Assembly: GCA_965217775.1 (NCBI GenBank) | Contig: CBDCJH010000002.1 | Coordinates: forward strand, 6,176,001-6,240,000 | DNA: 64,000 nt | Source of the DNA: Acidobacteriota bacterium | GTDB lineage: Bacteria > Acidobacteriota > UBA6911 > RPQK01 > JAJDTT01 | Direction: 5' to 3' | In this document: positions 9,782-20,095 of the stretch, in pieces | Layout of the letters: every line of letters starts with the position of its first letter | Numbering within the stretch: the stretch's first letter is position 1 | Notes under the pieces: generated by a model | What the model was told of the DNA's origin: nothing | Databases searched by the model: none | Seen by the model: only the letters and a program-made list of their open reading frames with translations | Translations under genes and position numbers: made by a program

Positions 9782-12700
9782 GTGAGAGATACCAGTGTAG
9801 TTTCCCTGCTCCTCATCTGTGCCGTCTGGACGGCAGGGTCGGCTGTGGCCCAGAGTCAGGTTGCGGTGTTGGAGGGGACCGTCCGCGAACTCGACGGCAG
9901 TCCCCTGGCGGAGGTCGAGATCCGGGCCCGGCGGACGGAGACCAACGAACTCTTTGTCCTCGAAACCGACGCCTCCGGCGTCTACGGCTGGGAGGGGCTG
10001 CCGGTGGGAGACTACGAAGTGTTGGCCTCCAGGGACCGCTTCGATTCCCAGCGAAGGATACCGGTCCGGCTCCAGGTCGGACAGCGGGTCCGCCTCGATT
10101 TTCGCCTCCGCGCCAGGCGGCCGGGGGAAGCTTCCAAGATATCGGAGGACCTCTCCCAACTCGCCGTCGAGCGGGACGACGTGGGACAGCTCATCGATCG
10201 CAAGCAGTTGCAAAACATGCCTTCCAAGGAACGTAACTTCCGGGATCTGGTTACCCTGGCTCCGGGAGCTGTCGCACAGGGGACGCGGCGCATTCAGGTC
10301 CTGGGAATGAGCTGGAGGGACAACCTGACCTATTTCGACGGGACCCTGGTCACCGGAGGCGACGGGTCCACCAACCTGACCCCGTCGTCGGAAGCGATCC
10401 GGGAATTCGATGTCAAGACCGGCCTCTATTCGGCTCAGTACGGCATTCGCTCCGGCGGCCAGGTGTTGCTGGTGTCCCGGCACGGCGGCAACAGTTTCCA
10501 TGGCGGCCTCTTCTGGTTTCACCGCAACGACAATCTGGATGCGCGCAACTTCTTCGAACAGCGGAAGGCGGAATTCAAACGGAATCAGATGGGGGGCACC
10601 CTGGGAGGTCCCCTTCTCCTGCCCGGTCTGAACCGGGACCGTGCCTGGTTCTTCCTCTCCTATTTGCACTACACCATCCGGGAGACGCTTCCCTTGACCG
10701 CCGTGGTGCCGACGCCGGAAGAACGCGAGGGCCGGTTCGCGGGCTCCATCCTGGATCCGCTGACCGGGAAACCGTTCCCCGGGAATCGAATCCCGGCCAA
10801 CCGAATCGATCCGGTAGCCCGGCAACTGCTCAGTTTCTATCCCCTCCCCAACACTGCCGGACCTCTCAACTTCACGAGTCCCGATTCCAAGCGGCCGCAC
10901 GACAATCGCCAGGTCATCGCCCGCGTCGACCTGCGGACCTCTACGTCCAGCAGTTGGACGTTCCGTTTCGCCGGCGATCGACGGCCCTCGTTCCGGTCCA
11001 GAGTCTTCAGCGTGTTCTCAACCCGGATGCCCCTGGGGAGCTACGGCCAAGCCATCACCAACACCCGGAGGCTCTCCGCAGGATCGGTCAACTATTTCGG
11101 TCTGCACTGGTTCCGGAGACCCTACACGGCCGCGGTGGCCCGGCCCAAGACCGAGGCCGTGAGGCGGTTGGGAATCCCCCAACTGCTGGAGACGGAGATC
11201 GACCGAGACGGCATTCCCCTGGTGTCGATCCAGGGTTATACGGGCTTCGGTGACCTCCAGAGGATCGGACCCGTCATCGTGGGCAACTGGCAGTTGAAGG
11301 ACGATCTGGCGCTTCAACGTGGGCACCACTCGATCCAGATGGGCGTGGAGTTCCGGCAGAATTACAATTTTTTCGGGCTGCAGGGACGGTCTCAGTTCGA
11401 TTTCTACGATCGCTACACCGGAAACGGGCTTGCCGACTTCCTGTTGGGTTATCCGGCCAGGACCCTGCTGGGAGGCGAGGAACGCCGGGGCAGCTATCAC
11501 CAGAACAGCATCTACAGCTACCTGCAGGACCGATGGCGCATCACGCCGGCGTTGGCCCTGACCCTGGGCCTCCGGTACGAATGGAGATACCCATGGCGGG
11601 ACAAGCGGGGATTCATGGGCAACTTCGATCCCGTCTCGGGAGAACTCTTTCCGCCTCTCCTGGACCTGGAACTGGCCCCGGGGGAAACGGGCCGCTTCCG
11701 TCCCAATTATCCGCTGGTGGAATGGCGGCCCTGGGAGGGCCTCCTGCCCCGGCTGGGAATGGCTCTGCGGCTGGGCCAGTCCTCGGTGCTCCATCTGGGA
11801 CTCGGGCTCTATTCCAATGAGACGGATCTCTCGATGATTCAAGGATTGGGAAAGAATCCCCGGCCCGGGTCCCGGCTTCTGACCTTCAACGGCCCGCTGG
11901 AGAGTCCCGGGTTGACCCTCTCCGATCCCTTTCCTGCCGCGCTGGCCAGTTCAGCCGTTCCCACCCTGACGGGACACGTGACGCCCACGCCACTGCCCCG
12001 GACCCGTACCTGGGGACTTTCGCTGCAGCACCGCTGGACCCCCGAGCTGATACTGGACATGGGTTACCAGAACTCGAGAACCGGCGGGCGGCTGGAGACG
12101 GTCTCCTTCAACGACGCCGTGCCCGGCAGCGGCGACCGGCAATCCCGGCGCCCCTTTCCGGAGCTGCAATCGGTCCTGTTCACGGCGGCCCTTGCCGACG
12201 CCTGGTATCACAGCTCCTTCCTCCAGTTGGAAAAGCGGCCGGGTCCCGACGGGCTCCGCTTGCTGGGGTCCTTTTCCTGGGCGAGCCTGATCGACACGGG
12301 GGGTGGAGACCAGGGGAACCAGAGCAACCTGCTGCTTCGGTCCATCAACCTGTCGCCGGAACTGAATCGAGGTGTGGCGAACTCCCAGATCAAGAAGCGT
12401 GTCCTCCTGTCAGGCAGCTACGACCTCCCCTTCGGTCCCAGGAGGCAATTCGCGCGGACCGGATGGGCGGGACGAATCCTGGGTGGCTGGTCGCTCCATG
12501 GTATTTCCACCTTCCAGGACGGCGCCTGGTTCACCGTCTATCTGCCCGGCGACCCGCTCGACACCGGGTCCCATTACTCCCAGTGGCCCGATCGCCTCCG
12601 CGAGGCCAATCTGCCGCCGTCGCAGCGGCATCCACAGCGCTGGTTCGACACCACCGCCTTCATCCGGCCGGAGGGATTTCGCTACGGGAACGGCGGACGC

Positions 12701-12937
12701 AACACCATCGAAGGTCCCGGGGTCGTCAATCTCGACGTCTCCCTCCGCCGGGTCTTGCAAGTTCGGGACGAGGAGACGCTCGAGGTGAGGCTGGAGGCGT
12801 TCAACAGCCTCAACCGCGCCAACTTCAACCCCCGGACCCGGGACGGGATCACCCAGTTTGGAACTCCCGAATTCGGAGTCCTGGGCCGGGCTCTTGCCGG
12901 ACGCCAACTCCAACTGGCGCTCAAATACTCGTTCTAG
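9782..12937 (+). CDS. Oar-type TonB-dependent receptor with carboxypeptidase-regulatory-like N-domain
   Basis: Signal peptide; EAIREFDVKTGLYSAQYG, LDARNFF, GRNTIEGPG; C-terminal RQLQLALKYSF. Confidence 0.92.
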   Translation: MRDTSVVSLLLICAVWTAGSAVAQSQVAVLEGTVRELDGSPLAEVEIRARRTETNELFVLETDASGVYGWEGLPVGDYEVLASRDRFDSQRRIPVRLQVGQRVRLDFRLRARRPGEASKISEDLSQLAVERDDVGQLIDRKQLQNMPSKERNFRDLVTLAPGAVAQGTRRIQVLGMSWRDNLTYFDGTLVTGGDGSTNLTPSSEAIREFDVKTGLYSAQYGIRSGGQVLLVSRHGGNSFHGGLFWFHRNDNLDARNFFEQRKAEFKRNQMGGTLGGPLLLPGLNRDRAWFFLSYLHYTIRETLPLTAVVPTPEEREGRFAGSILDPLTGKPFPGNRIPANRIDPVARQLLSFYPLPNTAGPLNFTSPDSKRPHDNRQVIARVDLRTSTSSSWTFRFAGDRRPSFRSRVFSVFSTRMPLGSYGQAITNTRRLSAGSVNYFGLHWFRRPYTAAVARPKTEAVRRLGIPQLLETEIDRDGIPLVSIQGYTGFGDLQRIGPVIVGNWQLKDDLALQRGHHSIQMGVEFRQNYNFFGLQGRSQFDFYDRYTGNGLADFLLGYPARTLLGGEERRGSYHQNSIYSYLQDRWRITPALALTLGLRYEWRYPWRDKRGFMGNFDPVSGELFPPLLDLELAPGETGRFRPNYPLVEWRPWEGLLPRLGMALRLGQSSVLHLGLGLYSNETDLSMIQGLGKNPRPGSRLLTFNGPLESPGLTLSDPFPAALASSAVPTLTGHVTPTPLPRTRTWGLSLQHRWTPELILDMGYQNSRTGGRLETVSFNDAVPGSGDRQSRRPFPELQSVLFTAALADAWYHSSFLQLEKRPGPDGLRLLGSFSWASLIDTGGGDQGNQSNLLLRSINLSPELNRGVANSQIKKRVLLSGSYDLPFGPRRQFARTGWAGRILGGWSLHGISTFQDGAWFTVYLPGDPLDTGSHYSQWPDRLREANLPPSQRHPQRWFDTTAFIRPEGFRYGNGGRNTIEGPGVVNLDVSLRRVLQVRDEETLEVRLEAFNSLNRANFNPRTRDGITQFGTPEFGVLGRALAGRQLQLALKYSF

Positions 12938-12998
12938 GAAGGGGGACATTCCTGTCCCCCACAGGCGCAAGATTCGGGGGTTGAAAACCCCCGCTCCC
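12937..12998. repeat. GGAG-type REP-like inverted doublet
   Basis: Hairpins GGGGGACATTCCTGTCCCCC and GGGGGTTGAAAACCCCCGCTCCC; the first unit recurs at 33514-33538. Confidence 0.65.
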
Positions 12999-13089
12999 AT
13001 CCTTTTTCTTCCGGGATTTTGCGGAATCCCGACCGGTGGCGGAGCGTCTGAGAGACAAGAGAGAGTTCGTGTGCAGCTACCCCACCGGG

Positions 13090-13368
13090 CTAAACCAATT
13101 CGATATTCACACGTCGTCCGACGATCGCCGCGGCCCGCTGGAGGCTGGAGAGTGTAATGTCGTCGTTCGGATCGAGCAGACGGTCCACCTGGGAACGGCT
13201 GGTCTTGAGCAGCCTGGCCATCTTGCTCTTGGAGAGATTCCTGCTCTTCATGGCGCCGGCTAGTTGCTACGCGACAACCTCTTTAATCGCCTGCGTTTGA
13301 GCTTCATCGAAGGTGCCTTCTTCTCTGAGAAAATCGTCAAGGCTCGATCCCATGTGTTTCTCGCTCAT
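13090..13368 (-). pseudogene. XRE/HigA-like antitoxin with a nonsense mutation
   Basis: MSEKHMGSSLDDFLREEG...KEVVA*QLAGAMKSRNLSKSKMARLLKTSRSQVDRLLDP...IELV; TAG at 13267-13269 where this family usually has Trp. Confidence 0.8.
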
Positions 13369-13403
13369 CGTTCCAACTCCTTCCGGCGGTTGCGCGCGGT
13401 GGC
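13365..13403 (-). pseudogene. C-terminal remnant of a RelE/Gp49-like toxin
   Basis: ATARNRRKELER* ends in an ATGA overlap with the antitoxin start. Confidence 0.5.
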
Positions 13404-13734
13404 CCCTGTTTTCAGTGGTTTCTCGAACCTCCCGTCTCTTCAGTGGCAATTCACGGCAAAGTGTATTGTAAAAGGTGCACCCTGCCGGGCAGACCGAAAA
13501 GTCCGACATTCTCAATGGACATTTACAGGAGTTGAGGGGATTCCGCGGGGTGTTCACCTGAACTTCCCGTTTCCCGGCGGTTGCGCTATGCTCTCCATTC
13601 GTCTGAAACACCCCTTTTGCATCGCTTTCGGGGGCACGTTGAAGGTCTCGGACAACAGCCATAGGAGCTGGGAATTCAAGTCGTTTCAGGCGCAGTGATA
13701 CAGCTTCTTCGAGTGCTACTGGATCGATCGGAAC

Positions 13735-14154
13735 GTGGCCGTACTGGAGATCAACAAGCATCCTTCGAACCGTGAGCTCCGCCAGTTCGCGGGCATCGGA
13801 TGGCCCATTTTCTGCGGTCTCCTGGGCGCGTGGAGGGTCTACGGTTCCGGTGATTGGACCCTGGCGGGAATCATCTGGTCGCTGGGTGTCCTGGGAGCCG
13901 TCGTCGGATGGCTGAGGCCCGCCTGGGTGCGGCCGGTCTTCGTGGGTTGGATGTACGCCGTGTTTCCCATCGGCTGGACCGTCTCCCATCTGGTCCTGGC
14001 CGTCATCTATTTCCTCATCCTCACTCCCATCGGACTCGTGGTACGCTGGTTCCGGCCCGACCCGCTGGGGTTGAAGTTGGACCGGAAACGAGACACCTAT
14101 TGGGTTCAACATGACCCCGGCCACGATCCGAAGCGTTACTTTCGACAATTCTGA
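13735..14154 (+). CDS. SxtJ-family membrane protein
   Basis: ELRQFAG, PIGWTVSHLVLAVIYFLILTPIGL, DPL..K and YFRQF motifs. Confidence 0.85.
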   Translation: MAVLEINKHPSNRELRQFAGIGWPIFCGLLGAWRVYGSGDWTLAGIIWSLGVLGAVVGWLRPAWVRPVFVGWMYAVFPIGWTVSHLVLAVIYFLILTPIGLVVRWFRPDPLGLKLDRKRDTYWVQHDPGHDPKRYFRQF

Positions 14155-14176
14155 GAGAGGTTCCAGGAGCGACCCC

Positions 14177-14383
14177 GTGACGAACGAAGGCTCATCCGAG
14201 GTTTCGCGATTCCGCCAGGACGCCGAACGGCCCCAGACCGGAATCGTCCGGGAATTCTGGGACTTCCTGCGCCACAACAAGAAGTGGTGGCTGACCCCCA
14301 TCATCGTCGTGCTGTTGCTGCTGGGGATCCTGATCGTGCTTTCGGGATCGGCGGCGGCTCCATTCATCTACACTCTTTTCTAA
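14177..14383 (+). CDS. DUF5989 (SxtK-like) small membrane protein
   Basis: [18 protein letters not shown]...AAPFIYTLF. Confidence 0.88.
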   Translation: MTNEGSSEVSRFRQDAERPQTGIVREFWDFLRHNKKWWLTPIIVVLLLLGILIVLSGSAAAPFIYTLF

Positions 14384-14396
14384 CGGGGCCGAGACC

Positions 14397-15440
14397 ATGA
14401 ACAACTATCCGAAGCTTCACAACGCCGGCTGGCCGGGAGTCGTGGGGAAGGGGCCGGACGCCGAGGAGCCCTTCATCGATCTGGAGACTATGTTGGAGTG
14501 GACGGCGGCGGGCGAGGTGGACGGCGTCCGGTTCGACGGGGTCGACCTCTTCCTGAGCGCTCCCCACGTGGACATCGACTCCACCGACGATGACCTGAAG
14601 AGATTGGCCGAGAAGGTCCAATCGCTGGGCCTGGTCATCGGAAGCGTCGTGGCCCCGGTGTGGCCGCCCACCGGCGGCGGATCGGCCATGGGGGACGAGG
14701 CCGAACGGGGACGGTTCCTGAGCATGGTCGAGAAAGCTTGTGCCATTGCCCGGCGGCTCCGGGAATTGGGAGTGCGCCCCTACGGCGTGGTCCGCATCGA
14801 TTCCTCGGTGGATCCGGGGACCTGGGCGGCCGACCCGGAGGGAAACACCAAGCGCATCGCCGAGACCTTCCGGGAAGCGTGCGCCCGGGCCGGGGATCAG
14901 GGTGAGCTCCTGGCGGCCGAGGGAGAGATCTGCTGGGGTGGGATGCATAGTTGGAAGGAGATGCTGAAGCTCCTGGAACTGGTCGACCGGCCCGAGATTC
15001 TGGGCTTTCAGGCCGACATGGCTCACACCTTGCTCTATCTGCTGGGTGTCAACGCGGAGAACGACGGGATCCTGCCGGCGGACTTCGACTGGCAGGACCA
15101 GGAGGCTTTCCAGCAGGCCTACCGGACCCTGACCGACAGCCTCCGACCCTGGACCATCGATTTCCACGTGGCCCAGAACGACGCCACGGTCAAGGGCTCC
15201 GGCTCCCACGACAAGACGGGCCGCCACTGCCTGCCTGCCGACCCCAACGGCAAGCTGGACATCGTATGGGCGGCCGGGCACTGGCTTCGGGACTCCGGTG
15301 GCGAAGTCACTCGAACCTGCCGGCACATCTGTTGGGACGGCTGCATGTTCCCCAACCGGGTCATGTCGGACCCGGGAACCTGGAACCAGATTCTCTCCAG
15401 CATGATCCAGGTTCGCGATGCTCACGGTTGGGAGGAGTGA
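14397..15440 (+). CDS. Sugar phosphate isomerase/epimerase family TIM barrel
   Basis: [21 protein letters not shown] and DFHVAQND motifs. Confidence 0.85.
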   Translation: MNNYPKLHNAGWPGVVGKGPDAEEPFIDLETMLEWTAAGEVDGVRFDGVDLFLSAPHVDIDSTDDDLKRLAEKVQSLGLVIGSVVAPVWPPTGGGSAMGDEAERGRFLSMVEKACAIARRLRELGVRPYGVVRIDSSVDPGTWAADPEGNTKRIAETFREACARAGDQGELLAAEGEICWGGMHSWKEMLKLLELVDRPEILGFQADMAHTLLYLLGVNAENDGILPADFDWQDQEAFQQAYRTLTDSLRPWTIDFHVAQNDATVKGSGSHDKTGRHCLPADPNGKLDIVWAAGHWLRDSGGEVTRTCRHICWDGCMFPNRVMSDPGTWNQILSSMIQVRDAHGWEE

Positions 15441-15458
15441 GCCGGCCTCGGGACTGAA

Positions 15459-16433
15459 ATGGCTCGACACGAGTCGCTACTTCCCTCCGCCGTAGAGGCC
15501 ATCGGCCGGACTCCCCTGGTCGAGCTCTCCCGGATCACGAACGACGTTCAGGGACGGATTCTGGCCAAGCTGGACCACCTCAATCCCGGTTTCTCCAAGA
15601 AGGACCGGATCGCGCGGCAGATCATCGAGGATGCCGAAGCCGGTGGCGAGATCAGCCCGGGTCAGACGGTGATCGAGCTCACCAGCGGGAACACCGGAAC
15701 CGGTCTCGCCATCGTCTGCGGACTCAAGGGCTATCCTTTCGTGGCGGTCATGTCCAAGGGGAACTCGGGGGAGCGGGCGCGCATGATGAGGTCCCTGGGC
15801 GCGGAAGTGGTCCTGGTGGACCAGCTTCCCGATTCGGTTCCGGGACAGGTCTCGGGTGGAGATCTGGAACTGGTGGAGCAGACCACTCGCGAACTGGTGC
15901 GGGAGCGCCGGGCGTTTCGTGCCGATCAGTTTCTGCACCGGGGGAACTTCCGGGCCCACTACCTGAATACCGGCCCCGAGTTCCTGCGGCAGTCCGCCCA
16001 TTCGATCCAGGCCTTCTGCGATTTCGTGGGCAGCGGGGGCACGTTTGCCGGCTGTGCGGCGGCGTTCAAGGAATATGACTCGGGGATCCAGTGCTACGTG
16101 GTGGAGCCGGAAGGGGCCGCGATCCTGGCCGGCCAGGAGGCCGGGCGGCCGGGACACCGGATTCAGGGCGGCGGCTACTCGATGGCCAATCTGGCCTGCA
16201 TCGATCGGGGCCACGTGGACGGCTATCTGCAGGTTTCCGACGATGAGGCGATCCGGATGGCCCGCCGCCTGGCCCGGGAGGAAGGCATCTTCGCCGGTTT
16301 CTCCAGCGGCGCCAACCTGGCCGGAGCCCTGCAACTGCTGGACGGGCCTTGCGCCGGCGAGACGGTGGCCATCATGATCTGTGATTCGGGATTGAAGTAC
16401 CTGAGCACGGACCTTTGGGAAGATGAGGAATAA
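15459..16433 (+). CDS. PLP-dependent cysteine synthase family protein
   Basis: IGRTPLVEL, NPGFSKKDR, TSGNTG, GSGGT and CDSGLKYLST motifs. Confidence 0.9.
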   Translation: MARHESLLPSAVEAIGRTPLVELSRITNDVQGRILAKLDHLNPGFSKKDRIARQIIEDAEAGGEISPGQTVIELTSGNTGTGLAIVCGLKGYPFVAVMSKGNSGERARMMRSLGAEVVLVDQLPDSVPGQVSGGDLELVEQTTRELVRERRAFRADQFLHRGNFRAHYLNTGPEFLRQSAHSIQAFCDFVGSGGTFAGCAAAFKEYDSGIQCYVVEPEGAAILAGQEAGRPGHRIQGGGYSMANLACIDRGHVDGYLQVSDDEAIRMARRLAREEGIFAGFSSGANLAGALQLLDGPCAGETVAIMICDSGLKYLSTDLWEDEE

Positions 16434-16442
16434 GGAGGGGAG

Positions 16443-17282
16443 ATGAGAACATCCAGGCGCGGACTCTTTCGGCTCGGTGTGGCGGCGGCTTCCGGGGGAA
16501 TCTTTGCCGGCCGGACTCGGGTGGCGCGCGCGAAGAAGCGGGCCTTGAAGTTGGGGGTGGCCAGTTATTCGCTGCGGAACATCCCCCGTCCCGGAGCCAT
16601 CGAAATGGTACGGGAATTGGGGACGCCATACATCAACATCAAGTCCTTTCACATCCCCTATGAGACTTCAAAGGACGGGCGGGCCCGGGCTCGGGCTGAG
16701 ATCGAAAAGTCCGGTCTCCGGATCGTCGGTGGGGGGGTCGTCCACTTCAAGGAGGACACGGACGACGCCGTGGAGTTCTTCTTCGAGTACGCTAAACAGT
16801 GCGGCATGCCTCTGATGGCGATCGCTCCCACGGCTCAGGTCATGCCGCGGGTGGAGAAATTCGTCAAGCGTTACGGCATCGCCGTGGCCATCCACAATCA
16901 CGGCCCCGAGGACCAGCATTTCCCGGCGCCGTCCGACGGGCTCAAGGTGATCAAGGGAATGGACCCCCGGGTGGGATTGTGCGTCGACGTGGGCCACACG
17001 GCCCGCACCGGGGTCGACGTGGTGGAAGCGATCCGGGAAGCGGGCAGCCGAATTCTGGACATGCACATGAAGGACCTGAGGGATTTCACGGACCACAGGA
17101 GCCAGTGCATCGTGGGTCAGGGCAAGATGCCGGTGGCCGACATCTTCCGGGAATTGATCCGCATGGGCTATGCGGGCCACGTCAACCTGGAATACGAGAT
17201 CGAACCGGACAACCCCCTGCCGGGCATGAAGCAGTCCTTCGCCTATATGCGAGGGGTCCTGGACGGTCTGGCCGGGTCCTGA
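16443..17282 (+). CDS. Sugar phosphate isomerase/epimerase family protein, Tat signal
   Basis: SRRGLF Tat motif; IHNHGPED, DVGH, HMKD and LEYE metal ligands. Confidence 0.88.
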   Translation: MRTSRRGLFRLGVAAASGGIFAGRTRVARAKKRALKLGVASYSLRNIPRPGAIEMVRELGTPYINIKSFHIPYETSKDGRARARAEIEKSGLRIVGGGVVHFKEDTDDAVEFFFEYAKQCGMPLMAIAPTAQVMPRVEKFVKRYGIAVAIHNHGPEDQHFPAPSDGLKVIKGMDPRVGLCVDVGHTARTGVDVVEAIREAGSRILDMHMKDLRDFTDHRSQCIVGQGKMPVADIFRELIRMGYAGHVNLEYEIEPDNPLPGMKQSFAYMRGVLDGLAGS

Positions 17283-17309
17283 TGCGCCCTTGCGCAGGAT
17301 CCGAGAAGT

Positions 17310-18425
17310 TCAGTCGATCCTGTCGAAGATCCCGACGAAGGTGGGCTTTTCGCTCGTGGGAACCGGGTCTCCGATCCGGGTCAGAAGACCGTCGGAGCCG
17401 ATCCGGAAGATGAGGATGGAATCCGCGTCCTGATTCGCCACCAGCAACAGCCGGCCGCTGGAATCGATAGCGAAGTTCCGGGGAATCCGGATCAACCCGT
17501 CCGCCTGCTCCCACCCGACCCGCTCCAGCCGTCCGGTCTCGGAATCCACACGGAAGATGACGATGCTGTCGTGTCCCCGGTTGGAGGCATAGACGAAACC
17601 TCCCGACGGGGAAACCAGGATGTGGGCGCCGGTGTTTCCGCTGCGGTCGAACCCGGAGGGCAGCGAGTCCACGGTCTCCCGGCCGGAGAGTCGGCCGGTG
17701 GCTGCGTCGTAGCGCCAGGAGTGGACCGTGCTGTTGGTCTCGTTGACGGCGTAGGCGAAGCGGCCGCTGGGATGAAACGCCATGTGTCGGGGACCGGCCC
17801 CCTGGTCGGTGGGGGCCACCGCAGGTTCATTCGGTTCCAGCCGGCCCGACTCGGCGTCGAAGCGGAACTGGGCAATGTAGTCGGAGTTGGTGCAGGGCAC
17901 GAAGTAGTAGTTCCCGCCAGGGTCTGCCTGGACCATGTGGGTCTTCTTTCCCACCTTCCGCGTCTGGAGGGGATTCCCCGCGGCGCCGTCGGGTCCCAAG
18001 GGCAGAATCGAGACGTAACCGGCCCCGGAGTGATAGTGAACCGCGAGCAGCCAGCGCCCTGAAGAGTGGACGTGGAGGTGAGGAGGCGATCCGGGCCCGA
18101 CTGGGGTCCGCGAAATTCGCCGCAGGCTGCGGTCCCCGTTCTCGATGGCCAGAGAGACCACGTGCGGCGGCTCCAGACGGTCCAGGGCATACAGGAATTT
18201 CCCGTTGGGATGCCGCGTCACGTAAGGAAAGCTGCCCGAGTCTTCGGTGGGCCGCAGGGCCCCGGAGCCCCGCTTCTCCAGGGCTCCCCGATTCAGGTCC
18301 AGAGTATGGATGTCGATCCGGCTGCTTCCGCCGGCCACGTAGACGACCGGGTCCGGGTTTCGAGCCATCCCCGCATGAGTCAAGGCAAGGACCATGAGGC
18401 AGTATCCAAGGTGTTTTTTAGCCAT
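17310..18425 (-). CDS. 6-phosphogluconolactonase-like beta-propeller lactonase
   Basis: GAGPRHMAFHP, YASNRGHDSI, PRNFAID and VANQDAD motifs; probable signal peptide; start approximate. Confidence 0.88.
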   Translation of the reverse strand: MAKKHLGYCLMVLALTHAGMARNPDPVVYVAGGSSRIDIHTLDLNRGALEKRGSGALRPTEDSGSFPYVTRHPNGKFLYALDRLEPPHVVSLAIENGDRSLRRISRTPVGPGSPPHLHVHSSGRWLLAVHYHSGAGYVSILPLGPDGAAGNPLQTRKVGKKTHMVQADPGGNYYFVPCTNSDYIAQFRFDAESGRLEPNEPAVAPTDQGAGPRHMAFHPSGRFAYAVNETNSTVHSWRYDAATGRLSGRETVDSLPSGFDRSGNTGAHILVSPSGGFVYASNRGHDSIVIFRVDSETGRLERVGWEQADGLIRIPRNFAIDSSGRLLLVANQDADSILIFRIGSDGLLTRIGDPVPTSEKPTFVGIFDRID

Positions 18426-18497
18426 CTGTGTGCCTGCGGCGGCCCATGATAGCATGCCCTCCGCGAGATCCCGGGGAGCCAACCAGGGGAGGTGTCC

Positions 18498-20009
18498 ATG
18501 TCTCAAACGATCGATCGGCGCCAGTTCCAGAAACGGTTTTCGGCCGCTCTTGCCGCCACCGCGGTCCTACCGCTGGGATGCGACACGCAGGGTCCGCCTT
18601 CGGAGACTCCCGCTTCGTCCGCGACCGGAATCCCGGAAGGCGGAAGCGGGATCCTGAGCGTGACCCGGGGGGCTCCCGTCCTGACGGTGCCGGAGAAGAT
18701 GCCGGAAGGCGCGCGCTGGCGCTACGGTCTGATTCTCCCCTTCCAGGCCGGTCCTTCCACCGGGGGCGCCTTCGCAAATTTGCGCATCCGAAACGGGGTC
18801 ATGGGCCACAGGATTGGTCATGGCGACTACGAGGTGGGGAACGACGTGGTGCTCTTCGATTCCGTCGAGGGAGTGCTACCCGGCTCGACCCTGGCTCTCC
18901 ACCGAAATCACGACGAGCCGAATCCCCATTCCGATCCACCGGGGCAGACTTCGATCATGGTCAAGTATCCCATGCGGGGGGGCTTCGTTCCCCTGGGGGC
19001 AAAAAACGCCTCCGGAGCGGATCACCCGGGCGCGGGCACCGGGTTCGGCATCAGCCTGGCGCTGGCGCGGCGCAAGCAGGGGTCGGACCATCCCGACGGA
19101 GCCGGCTTCAGCCTGGAGGAGAACTACCAGTACTTCGAGGTGTTCCAACTGGCCTTCGACGGCGAACGGATGCGGCAGACCGATGTGCAGAGGTTCCGGC
19201 CGGAAACCATGGTCGAAGGGTGGTGGATTTACAACGGCGGTCTCGCCAATGCCATTGCCTCGGGTGACGATCTCCTGCTGTGCGTATCCGCGGCGGCGCC
19301 TGAGGGCGGGGGCAGCTATGACCCCCGCGTGCCGGGCGGCTCCGGAGTCATGCGGTGGAGCCGGCAGGGAGGCCGGTGGCAACCCGACTCCTTCGTCATG
19401 GTGACCGGCGCCGACCGCTCCAGCGAGGCCAGCCTGATTCGGGACCATGACGGATCGCTCCTCTTCGCGGCCCGGCCCGGGCCGCAGGATTTCCACTCGG
19501 TCCGGGTGTGGCGGTCCCGGGATGAGGGGCAGACCTGGAAGCAGATCATCGATGTCCGAGGGATCATCTCCATCGCGCCCATCACCCTGAATCTGGCCGT
19601 GGACGGGACTCCATACATCGCGTCCAACATCTACCTGGTGCCGACCCATCCCATCGACAAGCGCTTTCGGACCTTTCGAGACCGTCAAGGCCGAGTGATG
19701 GGAGGCGGTTGGACCCGGCAAAAGCTCTACCTCTGGCCGCTGAACCGGGAGCGAACGGGTTTGGAAGCACCCATTCTGGCCCGCGATTGCCGGGCGGAGT
19801 TCGGGCCGCCACCGGGAGAATCCATGTGGCGGGTGGACCACCCCTTCGCCGCCAATCTCCGGCTGGGAGACGGGAATTGGCACAACGTCATGGGGTACCG
19901 GATCCATGAGGATGTGGAGGACCACGATGCCGTCTCGCCCCCCGAGACCGGATCCTACCTGGAAGAGGTCATCTCCGCCGGTCCGCCGCTTCCTGCTTGG
20001 AGCTTCTGA
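18498..20009 (+). CDS. Tat-exported lipoprotein with Asp-box (sialidase-like propeller?)
   Basis: DRRQFQK plus LPLGC lipobox; SRDEGQTW Asp-box. Confidence 0.7.
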   Translation: MSQTIDRRQFQKRFSAALAATAVLPLGCDTQGPPSETPASSATGIPEGGSGILSVTRGAPVLTVPEKMPEGARWRYGLILPFQAGPSTGGAFANLRIRNGVMGHRIGHGDYEVGNDVVLFDSVEGVLPGSTLALHRNHDEPNPHSDPPGQTSIMVKYPMRGGFVPLGAKNASGADHPGAGTGFGISLALARRKQGSDHPDGAGFSLEENYQYFEVFQLAFDGERMRQTDVQRFRPETMVEGWWIYNGGLANAIASGDDLLLCVSAAAPEGGGSYDPRVPGGSGVMRWSRQGGRWQPDSFVMVTGADRSSEASLIRDHDGSLLFAARPGPQDFHSVRVWRSRDEGQTWKQIIDVRGIISIAPITLNLAVDGTPYIASNIYLVPTHPIDKRFRTFRDRQGRVMGGGWTRQKLYLWPLNRERTGLEAPILARDCRAEFGPPPGESMWRVDHPFAANLRLGDGNWHNVMGYRIHEDVEDHDAVSPPETGSYLEEVISAGPPLPAWSF

Positions 20010-20095
20010 GGAAACCATGGAAGCGCCGTGGGAGGGGGGATAGTGTCGCCTCCCGTTCCTCCTCATCCTTGGGACCCACCGGAAGGACCGACCGC

